Origin: a virus
Lineage: Duplodnaviria > Caudoviricetes
Virus record (IMG/VR): IMGVR_UViG_3300032305_000597
Coordinates: 1-32,218 of that record
Reading direction: 5' to 3' (one strand)
DNA length: 32,218 nucleotides
A program made the position numbers and the translations under genes. Positions within the stretch are counted from its first letter, which is position 1; each line of letters opens with the position of its first letter. The notes under the pieces were generated by a model. The model made no database searches, was not told where the DNA came from, and saw nothing but the letters and a program-made list of their open reading frames with translations. Below, in pieces: positions 8,783 through 15,156 of the stretch.

Positions 8783-9018
8783 CAACAACCATGCGGCTCT
8801 CAAGCCAGCGGGCGTGGTTTTACATAAAACATGTAAGATAGATATAACTTTTTTAGAGATAGAGAGAGGGGGGGAAAATTTACCTCGTTCCATGATCGGC
8901 TCAGTCTCTCCCTCGCTCTCCTCCGCTCCTCCCCGCTCCCTTCCTTTTACACTTCCCAAAAAGCTCTTCGCTATGTTTTATGTTGTATGTTAAACCCGCA
9001 CGGCCCGCATGGTTGTTG
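8783..9018. repeat. Nested long-range inverted repeats
   Basis: CAACAACCATGCGG (8783-8796) pairs perfectly with CCGCATGGTTGTTG (9005-9018), and ACATAAAACAT (8822-8832) with ATGTTTTATGT (8973-8983). They enclose a purine tract (about 8855-8874) and a pyrimidine tract (about 8905-8948). Confidence 0.8.
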
Positions 9019-9046
9019 ACAAGTACCCCAAATAGTTTGATAGAAT
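9016..9046 (+). promoter_or_regulatory. Possible sigma70 promoter (extended -10)
   Basis: TTGACA at 9016 and TGaTAGAAT ending at 9046. The 19-bp spacer is long, so it would depend on the extended -10. Confidence 0.4.
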
Positions 9047-9097
9047 AACTACGCATAACATATCCCCGTAGTGTTGTTTTATCAAAAGGAAATCACC

Positions 9098-9823
9098 ATG
9101 ACCCGCCCTACCAAGTACCGCGATGCAGACTCAATCTTCGCCAACTGCACGATCAGCAACGATTGCATCCTGTGGCCCCAGTCGAACAACCGCGTGCCTC
9201 TCTTTACAGTTTCATCACCCATCGCTAAACAATTCGCCACAACCTCCATCGCCCGCGTTGTCTTTACCATCTGTCGGTTCGTGCCCGCCTCGCAACGTCT
9301 GACCCGCTGGTGTACATCGGACTTCTGCATCAACCCCTACCATCACGCTGAGTCACGCCCATACCAAGAGAAGCGCAAGAAGCTGTTCAACATCCATGAC
9401 GAACTGCCCGAGCAGACATCGCACCGACATCTGATCGCCCCAAGTGATGAGGAGCTCGACCGCATGAAGCCAACGGACCCAACCATCTGCAACGTGCTCA
9501 TGCGCTCAGCCGCGACCGCTGGTCATGACGCCCGTGGATTGCCCAACCGCCGATTCTTGGGCTTCCCCACCAAAGGGTATGAGGGTATGCCCTTACTACC
9601 TGAAGGCGAGAACACCGCCAAGGAGAACGTACCTGTGCTCATCATCAAGAAGAAGCCTGTGGTGGAGCCAACGGTCACGGCCCCGAAGAGCGAGTACGAG
9701 GACATGAGTACAGATGAATTCTTCGACGTGCTTGATGCCAAATTCGGCAAGATGATCGAGAAGGACAAGGAGAAACCGTTCGTAGATCACACAAAGCACC
9801 TTGTGCGGAACTCGTACCGCTAA
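9098..9823 (+). CDS. Hypothetical protein with degenerate HNH-like N-terminal domain
   Basis: AAGGA RBS and ATG 9098. DCILWP...RWCTSDFCINPYH resembles the phage HNH signature C-W-W...H-x-C-x4-C-[VI]NP-x-H. Confidence 0.65.
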   Translation: MTRPTKYRDADSIFANCTISNDCILWPQSNNRVPLFTVSSPIAKQFATTSIARVVFTICRFVPASQRLTRWCTSDFCINPYHHAESRPYQEKRKKLFNIHDELPEQTSHRHLIAPSDEELDRMKPTDPTICNVLMRSAATAGHDARGLPNRRFLGFPTKGYEGMPLLPEGENTAKENVPVLIIKKKPVVEPTVTAPKSEYEDMSTDEFFDVLDAKFGKMIEKDKEKPFVDHTKHLVRNSYR

Positions 9824-9837
9824 ACGCGAACACGGAC

Positions 9838-9866
9838 TTGACAAAGTCTAATTTGTATGGTATAAT
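9838..9866 (+). promoter_or_regulatory. Strong sigma70 promoter, copy A
   Basis: Perfect TTGACA-17 bp-TATAAT with an extended -10 TG. Confidence 0.92.
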
Positions 9867-9922
9867 CTACTTTAGTAGATTTGGTTGAGGTTGATAATAA
9901 ACCTTCCGTTCTACTAGACGGC

Positions 9923-9951
9923 GAACTATCCGACACGGTGTCGGGTTGTTC
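9923..9951. repeat. Palindromic box copy 3
   Basis: GAACTAT-CCGACA-CGG-TGTCGG-GTTGTTC, upstream of the RBS and ATG 9978. Confidence 0.92.
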
Positions 9952-9977
9952 AGTAACCCCCTTTATTGGAGACCATC

Positions 9978-10235
9978 ATGTACACAGCACAACGCACCAC
10001 CCTCTGCTTGCCCAACAAGGGCTTGCGCAACTGCAACACCCACCAAGGTGTTGACCACTTCCTACGCACCGAGTATCGGGTTGATACCTACCACGTGCAG
10101 AACCTCGAGTACCTCGATCGTGGCTACGACTTCGATGAGTTCAAAGACATCGACAACGAGTACGAGGGCTTGACCATTGTTGAGCCGCTCAACGAGGTTG
10201 AGTTGTATCAGTTCCTCAACGGCTACAACCTGTAA
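9978..10235 (+). CDS. Acidic hypothetical protein (85 aa)
   Basis: CTTTATTGGAGA RBS, ATG 9978, downstream of promoter A. Confidence 0.8.
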   Translation: MYTAQRTTLCLPNKGLRNCNTHQGVDHFLRTEYRVDTYHVQNLEYLDRGYDFDEFKDIDNEYEGLTIVEPLNEVELYQFLNGYNL

Positions 10236-10244
10236 GGACTGACC

Positions 10245-10466
10245 ATGCAACTCAGATCAGCTAACTTCTCTACGGCGGGCGTGGCCCCGAAGTGCAACCC
10301 CATCATCATCGCGCTCGACCGCAAATGGCGCGAAATCTATCGTGCGCCGCTCAACCAAATAGACGGCATGGCGAACGCGGTCCGCAACGACTACGAGGCG
10401 GGGCATCGCGGCATACGTATTAACACTACGTCCATCAAAGTGTTTGCTTGGGCAACGCCGAACTAA
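10245..10466 (+). CDS. Hypothetical protein (73 aa)
   Basis: AAGGA RBS; its TAA stop lies inside box copy 4. Confidence 0.75.
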   Translation: MQLRSANFSTAGVAPKCNPIIIALDRKWREIYRAPLNQIDGMANAVRNDYEAGHRGIRINTTSIKVFAWATPN

Positions 10467-10488
10467 CCGACGGCCTGTCGCATTGTTC
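10460..10488. repeat. Palindromic box copy 4
   Basis: GAACTAA-CCGACG-GCC-TGTCGC-ATTGTTC; contains the upstream stop codon and is followed by a GGAGA RBS. Confidence 0.85.
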
Positions 10489-10504
10489 TATTCTGGAGAA
10501 TCAC

Positions 10505-10744
10505 ATGAAACGATCACCCCACAAAACCATTCACGTCAAACGCGCCACATTGACTAGCTATTTTGCTGGTCCCGCGATTGGTAAGAGGCCACGGCCCAAG
10601 TCATTTGCGGACTGGAAGTACGAACGCGCATTGGCTAAGTTGGCACGAACCAAACCTAACAGGCTAAGGGTTGGTCTTGTGCGTGCAATGACAGGCAACC
10701 CCTTTTTCTTCAACGGCGCACACGTTGGCGCAGAGAACGACTAA
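10505..10744 (+). CDS. Basic hypothetical protein (79 aa)
   Basis: GGAGA RBS, ATG 10505 (MKRSPHK...), very K/R-rich. Confidence 0.72.
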   Translation: MKRSPHKTIHVKRATLTSYFAGPAIGKRPRPKSFADWKYERALAKLARTKPNRLRVGLVRAMTGNPFFFNGAHVGAEND

Positions 10745-10752
10745 GGTGCGTC

Positions 10753-11043
10753 ATGGCTAAACCCAAACGAATCTTGGTCTCGCCCGCACAGTATGCGGAT
10801 ATACGCTCACTCGCCAACCTGACGGGCATTGATGAGCAGGAAGTCAAGGACGCCTATATGAAGTCGTTTATGGGTGACATGAACGTGTTCGACATATTGC
10901 AGCCATACCTCGCGCTAGCTGAGGCAGACAGGCAGGGGTGGGAGTACACCCCGATCTTCTGGCATCGAACGGATGACGGCGTGTTGCATCTGACGATGTG
11001 GGACATGGATAAGCCCGACCCGAACTCATGGACCAAACCATGA
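10753..11043 (+). CDS. Hypothetical protein (96 aa)
   Basis: AAGGTG RBS and tight packing with neighbouring genes. Confidence 0.78.
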   Translation: MAKPKRILVSPAQYADIRSLANLTGIDEQEVKDAYMKSFMGDMNVFDILQPYLALAEADRQGWEYTPIFWHRTDDGVLHLTMWDMDKPDPNSWTKP

Positions 11044-11051
11044 ACAGGGAC

Positions 11052-11080
11052 TTGACAAAGTCTAATTTGTATGGTATAAT
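11052..11080 (+). promoter_or_regulatory. Strong sigma70 promoter, copy B (identical core to copy A)
   Basis: TTGACA-AAGTCTAATTTGTATGG-TATAAT, identical to 9838-9866. Confidence 0.92.
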
Positions 11081-11117
11081 CTACCTTGGTAGATTCGATA
11101 GTACAAGTAAGTATTCA

Positions 11118-11146
11118 GAACTTACCGACACCATGTCGGGTTGTTC
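11118..11146. repeat. Palindromic box copy 5
   Basis: GAACTTA-CCGACA-CCA-TGTCGG-GTTGTTC, followed by an AAGGAG RBS. Confidence 0.92.
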
Positions 11147-11163
11147 ACAACAAGGAGAAGGCT

Positions 11164-11400
11164 ATGAGCTTTGATCTTGACTGGCGCAGTTGCACCGCTT
11201 GCGGTGATGACATGCGTGTGGAGCGTTGGAACCTTGGGTTCCGCCTCTGCCTAACATGCGGCGAACAAGCCGCAGTATCTGACCGCGCATCTTGGTGCGT
11301 AGTGCAACCGTATGGGAAGGGCCCATACATGCTCGTGACTTCAGCGTCTGCCCGTCAGACTGTGATGGACACGAATCAGAAGCAAACCCGCTCAAACTAA
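11164..11400 (+). CDS. C4 zinc-finger protein, DksA/TraR-finger-like (78 aa)
   Basis: CTACGDDMRVERWNLGFRLCLTCGE resembles the CxxCG-x-I-xxxR...LCxxC pattern. AAGGAG RBS and ATG 11164. Confidence 0.7.
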   Translation: MSFDLDWRSCTACGDDMRVERWNLGFRLCLTCGEQAAVSDRASWCVVQPYGKGPYMLVTSASARQTVMDTNQKQTRSN

Positions 11401-11422
11401 CCGACATGATGTCGGATTGTTC
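11394..11422. repeat. Palindromic box copy 6
   Basis: AAACTAA-CCGACA-TGA-TGTCGG-ATTGTTC; contains the upstream stop codon (11398-11400). Confidence 0.92.
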
Positions 11423-11445
11423 AACCTACTTATCTAGGATTTCAA

Positions 11446-12528
11446 ATGTCTTCTAAAGAACTCTCGTTTACCCGCCGCGTCAACTTCACCGAGACAGTTG
11501 ACCTGCTTCTCAATGCGGGGCACAACTCAATACACCTTACTGGCGAACCAGGTGTTGGTAAGACCGCGATCCAAGATGTGCTTGTGGAACGCACAGGCTA
11601 TCACAAGGTGTACATCGACGGCCCCAACACCGATGTGGGTCAGGCTGGTATGCCAATCCCCAACCACGAGACCCGCACGCTGGACTTCTATCCCGCCGCC
11701 AACTATCGACTGCACACCAACGAGCCGTGCATCATCATGATCGACGAGTGGACCAAGACTGATGACTATGTGCGCAACACCCTGCACCCGCTCCTGCACG
11801 AGCGCCGACTTGGTGAATTCCGTGTGCACCCTGACACTATCGTGTTCACCACGGGCAACAACGATGCCGATGGTGTTGGTGATTCCGCGAAGGCTCATAC
11901 CCGTAACCGTCAAACGTGGCTGACATACATGAAGCCGACGGCTGACGAGTGGCTGGTCTGGGCGGGCAATGCGGGCGTGGCCCCCGAGATCATGGCGTGG
12001 GTGAAGGAGTACCCACATTGCATGGCGTCTTACATGGACGGCGGTCAGAAGGACAACCCTTACATCTTCAACCCAACTGACGCATCGCAGGTCGCGTTCG
12101 TGTCGCCTCGTTCGTTGTACAAGGCGTCGCATTGGGTCAATGTCCGTCAACGTATCTCAGAGAATAGCTTGATCGCGTCTCTTGACGGCACATTGGGCTT
12201 CTCCGCATCGCGGGACTTGCAGGCATACATCGCCTTGGCTGATCAGCTACCAACGCGTGAGGCTATCGAGAACAGCCCCGACACCGCGCCTATCCCGACT
12301 AGCCCTGCGGCTCTTTGCATCCTTGCGTTCAAAGGCGTGGCCGTGTGCACACGTGAGTCGTTCGCAACGTGGCTACGCTACATCAAGCGTATGCCCAAAG
12401 AGACCCAAGCCGTGTTCATCAACTCCCTCTTGGAGATTAAGGACAAGAAGCAGTGGGCTATGTCGCACCCTTCTTTCGTAACGTGGGCTCGTGAGAACCA
12501 GTACATGTTCGCGGGCTTGAAGGGGTAA
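11446..12528 (+). CDS. MoxR/dynein-related AAA+ ATPase
   Basis: Walker A GEPGVGKT, Walker B IIMIDE, sensor TTGN and an SPRS motif; lies near a VWA gene. Confidence 0.88.
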   Translation: MSSKELSFTRRVNFTETVDLLLNAGHNSIHLTGEPGVGKTAIQDVLVERTGYHKVYIDGPNTDVGQAGMPIPNHETRTLDFYPAANYRLHTNEPCIIMIDEWTKTDDYVRNTLHPLLHERRLGEFRVHPDTIVFTTGNNDADGVGDSAKAHTRNRQTWLTYMKPTADEWLVWAGNAGVAPEIMAWVKEYPHCMASYMDGGQKDNPYIFNPTDASQVAFVSPRSLYKASHWVNVRQRISENSLIASLDGTLGFSASRDLQAYIALADQLPTREAIENSPDTAPIPTSPAALCILAFKGVAVCTRESFATWLRYIKRMPKETQAVFINSLLEIKDKKQWAMSHPSFVTWARENQYMFAGLKG

Positions 12529-12530
12529 GC

Positions 12531-12797
12531 ATGAGAGATTCAATGAAACGACTGATCGAGGAAGCGGGCGGTACTGTCTTACTGGACGGCGCTCTGGTGC
12601 AGTTCGGCGAGGAAGCGTTCGACCTTATGTTCCTCCAAATCTACGAAGCGGGCATGGACCAAGCCGCGAAGCTGTGCTACGACTACGGCGAGTTCAAGGA
12701 CAGCGATGAGGTGCGCAGTTGCGTAGCGTTGATTCTGCACAACATTAAACATCCCGACACGGTGTCGGATAGTTCAGGAGGTAACGATGGACGATGA
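12531..12797 (+). CDS. Hypothetical protein (88 aa)
   Basis: ATG just after the AAA stop with an AGGGG RBS; its C-terminus reads through box copy 7. Confidence 0.7.
   Translation: MRDSMKRLIEEAGGTVLLDGALVQFGEEAFDLMFLQIYEAGMDQAAKLCYDYGEFKDSDEVRSCVALILHNIKHPDTVSDSSGGNDGR
12747..12775. repeat. Palindromic box copy 7
   Basis: AAACATC-CCGACA-CGG-TGTCGG-ATAGTTC, immediately followed by AGGAGG. Confidence 0.9.
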
Positions 12798-12879
12798 TGA
12801 TATTTCTTATTTGTTTGGGGTGCTGATCGTGGTCGCGTTGATCACGCTTGGCTTGGACATAACTATTTGGAGACCATGA
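12787..12879 (+). CDS. Small single-pass membrane peptide (30 aa), below the ORF-track cutoff
   Basis: Perfect AGGAGG RBS. MDDDDISYLFGVLIVVALITLGLDITIWRP; the stop overlaps the next start (ATGA). Confidence 0.75.
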   Translation: MDDDDISYLFGVLIVVALITLGLDITIWRP

Positions 12880-14114
12880 TGCTAGTAAAAGCTAAGTTAG
12901 CCGCTGAGAAGCGGGTCGAGTTGGTACACGTGAGCCTGATGCGTGCGCCTGAGTTCGCGTTGTTCGCTGGTCTCTTTATGGTGGGTAAGATCACCATCGA
13001 GGACGCGCCGATGACTGCGGCTACCAACGGGCGTGACGCGTTCTACGGTAGGGCGTTCGTAGATAGCTTAACGGACAAGGAGTTGGCCTTTCTCGTTATG
13101 CACGAGAACATGCACAAGTGTTACCGACACTTGACTACATGGCGGGCGTTGTATGAACTCGACAAGAGTTGTGCCAACCAAGCGTGTGACTACGTCATCA
13201 ACATTCAGTTGCGTGACATGGACGAGCACGGCAAGTACATCGTCATGCCTACTGACAAGGACACAGGCAAGCCTATCGGTCTGATCGACGAGAAGTATCG
13301 GGGCATGGACACCAAGCAGGTCTTCGACATCTTGCGTAAGGAGAAGCAAGAGAAGAAATGCGGCGGTGAACAAACCGACGGCGAGTCGGGAAGTTCGGAC
13401 GGGCATGGCGCTGGCCTTGATGAGCACGACTGGGACGGGGCGCAGGACGGCATGACCAAGGAGGAGCAAGAGCAACTCGGGCGTGACATCGACCAAGCCC
13501 TGCGGCAAGGCGGTATCTACGCGGGCAAGGTTGGCGGCAACATGCCACGTGAGATCGGTGAACTCTTGAAGCCCAAGGTCAACTGGCGTGAAGTCTTGCG
13601 CAGGTTCGTACGTACTTCGCTGAAGGACCGCGACTCCGTGTCGTGGCGTAGGGCGCACAAGAACTATCTGTGGCAGGACATCATCTTGCCAAGCATCATG
13701 GGCAAGCGTGTTAAGCACCTAGTGATCGCGATGGACACATCGGGTTCGATACAAGGTCCGATACTGACTGAGTTCCTATCCGAGATGAACGGCATCGTGC
13801 GTGACACAGGCGCTGACCGCGTGGACGTTGTGTACTGGGACACAGAGATAGCTGGTCACGAGATTCACAAGGGCAGCAACAAGGACATTGTTCACAGGAC
13901 CAACCCCAAGGGTGGCGGTGGCACGGACCCTGACTGCGTGGTGGACTTCATGACTGGGCAGGACTTCAAGCCTGACGCGCTGATCATGTTGACCGATGGC
14001 TACATGCACACCAACAAGCCCAAGTGGGCGGCGATCAAGACGCCGACTCTGTGGTGCGTGATTGGCAACGAGAAGTACGAGGTGCCCAATGGTCAGAAGC
14101 TCAACATTAACTGA
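12876..14114 (+). CDS. Metallopeptidase-like (HExxH) plus VWA domain protein, DUF2201-type
   Basis: HENMH zinc-binding motif and NQACDYVIN in the N-terminal part; C-terminal MIDAS DTSGS...GGGT...LTDG. GGAGA RBS before ATG 12876. Confidence 0.88.
   Translation: MMLVKAKLAAEKRVELVHVSLMRAPEFALFAGLFMVGKITIEDAPMTAATNGRDAFYGRAFVDSLTDKELAFLVMHENMHKCYRHLTTWRALYELDKSCANQACDYVINIQLRDMDEHGKYIVMPTDKDTGKPIGLIDEKYRGMDTKQVFDILRKEKQEKKCGGEQTDGESGSSDGHGAGLDEHDWDGAQDGMTKEEQEQLGRDIDQALRQGGIYAGKVGGNMPREIGELLKPKVNWREVLRRFVRTSLKDRDSVSWRRAHKNYLWQDIILPSIMGKRVKHLVIAMDTSGSIQGPILTEFLSEMNGIVRDTGADRVDVVYWDTEIAGHEIHKGSNKDIVHRTNPKGGGGTDPDCVVDFMTGQDFKPDALIMLTDGYMHTNKPKWAAIKTPTLWCVIGNEKYEVPNGQKLNIN
13368..13396. repeat. Palindromic box copy 8 (intragenic, degenerate)
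   Basis: GAACAAA-CCGACG-GCG-AGTCGG-GAAGTTC, inside the low-complexity linker (EQTDGESGSS) of the VWA protein. Confidence 0.75.
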
Positions 14115-14493
14115 AGAGGTCCTGATCAACCACATTGTTCACACTAACACGGTGGGCGGTGAGGGCGTGACGAACTTCGTGATGGGGTTGAACCCTGCGG
14201 GCATGGCGCTCATCAAGAGCCTCGACCCCGAGGTGATCTTCCGAGATAGGTTCTACCACAACTCGTGGGCTAAGCAGGCGATGCACCATTCTCGCGTAAC
14301 GCAAGATGAACTACGTGATGTGAGCGGGTTCGGCAAGCTATACGAGTGGATGGTTGAAGAGGCCGCCGTCAAGGGTGCAAACACGTTCGTGCGCACCATG
14401 TTGTTGACGGGGCTTCCGTACTGCGTATATGTGGAAGAGGATAGCCCACTCGTGGGTTGGTTTTATGTACTAGGAGTAACAAATCATGATTGA
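14089..14493 (+). CDS. Hypothetical protein (about 134 aa; start uncertain)
   Basis: Fills the gap between the VWA gene and the next ORF; ATG 14089 has GAGG upstream. Confidence 0.65.
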   Translation: MVRSSTLTEEVLINHIVHTNTVGGEGVTNFVMGLNPAGMALIKSLDPEVIFRDRFYHNSWAKQAMHHSRVTQDELRDVSGFGKLYEWMVEEAAVKGANTFVRTMLLTGLPYCVYVEEDSPLVGWFYVLGVTNHD

Positions 14494-14758
14494 AGAAGAT
14501 GTGATGTTGTGCATCGGTAGCAACAGAGTGCTGATGTCACCTGAAGAAGCGTTCAAGATATGCGAGATCATCAATGGCTCGTCGCGTATAGGTACGTCAT
14601 GGCACACCAAGGGTGGCAAGGACGGCAAAGGCGGTAGCTTGGAAGTGGTGTCGCCGCCAACGCACGATACGTTCATAGCCTACGTTGTACCCATGACTGG
14701 GCTACTGCGTATGAAGTTGGACAGCAACGAGAAATTTTTAAAGGAGGAATCAAGATGA
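14486..14758 (+). CDS. Hypothetical protein (90 aa)
   Basis: AGGAG RBS; overlaps both neighbours. Confidence 0.8.
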   Translation: MIEEDVMLCIGSNRVLMSPEEAFKICEIINGSSRIGTSWHTKGGKDGKGGSLEVVSPPTHDTFIAYVVPMTGLLRMKLDSNEKFLKEESR

Positions 14759-14925
14759 AACATATACCGCAACAACAGCACGGGTACAGCGTGACCCTTA
14801 ACAAAGAAACGTACGACCTTCTTCTGATGGTCAAGGGTTCTCTTGTGGAACAGTTAGGGTTCGAGCCGACAAACGGGCAAGTGGTACGCCATTTGATCGC
14901 TGTCTTTTTCAACGAAACAAACTAA
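14755..14925 (+). CDS. Putative ribbon-helix-helix DNA-binding protein (56 aa), below the ORF-track cutoff
   Basis: AGGAGG RBS and ATGA overlap. MKHIPQQQHGYSVTLNKETYDLLLMVKGSLVEQLGFEPTNGQVVRHLIAVFFNETN shows an alternating beta strand, helix, Gly turn and TxxxVVRxLI helix. The stop lies in box copy 9. Confidence 0.65.
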   Translation: MKHIPQQQHGYSVTLNKETYDLLLMVKGSLVEQLGFEPTNGQVVRHLIAVFFNETN

Positions 14926-14947
14926 CCGACAACCTGTCGGAATGTTC
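14919..14947. repeat. Palindromic box copy 9
   Basis: AAACTAA-CCGACA-ACC-TGTCGG-AATGTTC; contains the upstream stop and is immediately followed by AGGAG. Confidence 0.92.
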
Positions 14948-14958
14948 AGGAGAATCCT

Positions 14959-15156
14959 ATGCCTCTAGTTGTCGTAGATGGAGTGGTCTTATACCGCTGC
15001 CCTAAGAAGGAAGAACTGCCCATGATCGGTAGTGCCTACCTTGAAAACCCGCTTCTCGCTATCAAAGCGCGTGAGAAGCATTGCCTTGAGTTGTCTTACT
15101 CAATGGCCCTCTTACAGAAATCTTTATTGGAAGGAAAGAAAAATGACATGGTGTAA
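14959..15156 (+). CDS. Hypothetical protein (65 aa)
   Basis: AGGAG RBS directly after box 9. Confidence 0.75.
   Translation: MPLVVVDGVVLYRCPKKEELPMIGSAYLENPLLAIKAREKHCLELSYSMALLQKSLLEGKKNDMV

Noticed and set aside
8572-8959. Minus-strand ORFs 8572-8778 and 8771-8959
   Set aside because: They are short, translate low-complexity repeat tracts, lack convincing RBSs and oppose the local transcription direction. The region looks non-coding, though 8572-8778 cannot be fully excluded.
9923-9951. The boxes read as intrinsic terminators or as LexA (GAAC-N4-GTTC) sites
   Set aside because: There is no U-tract after the stem, and real terminators here look different (8149, 8360, 18294). The GAAC-GTTC spacing is 21 bp, not 4.
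10460-14947. The boxes read as canonical integron attC sites
   Set aside because: They are too short (29 bp versus 57 bp or more), lack a consistent RYYYAAC...GTTRRRY frame with extrahelical bases, and no IntI is visible. Kept only as an analogy.
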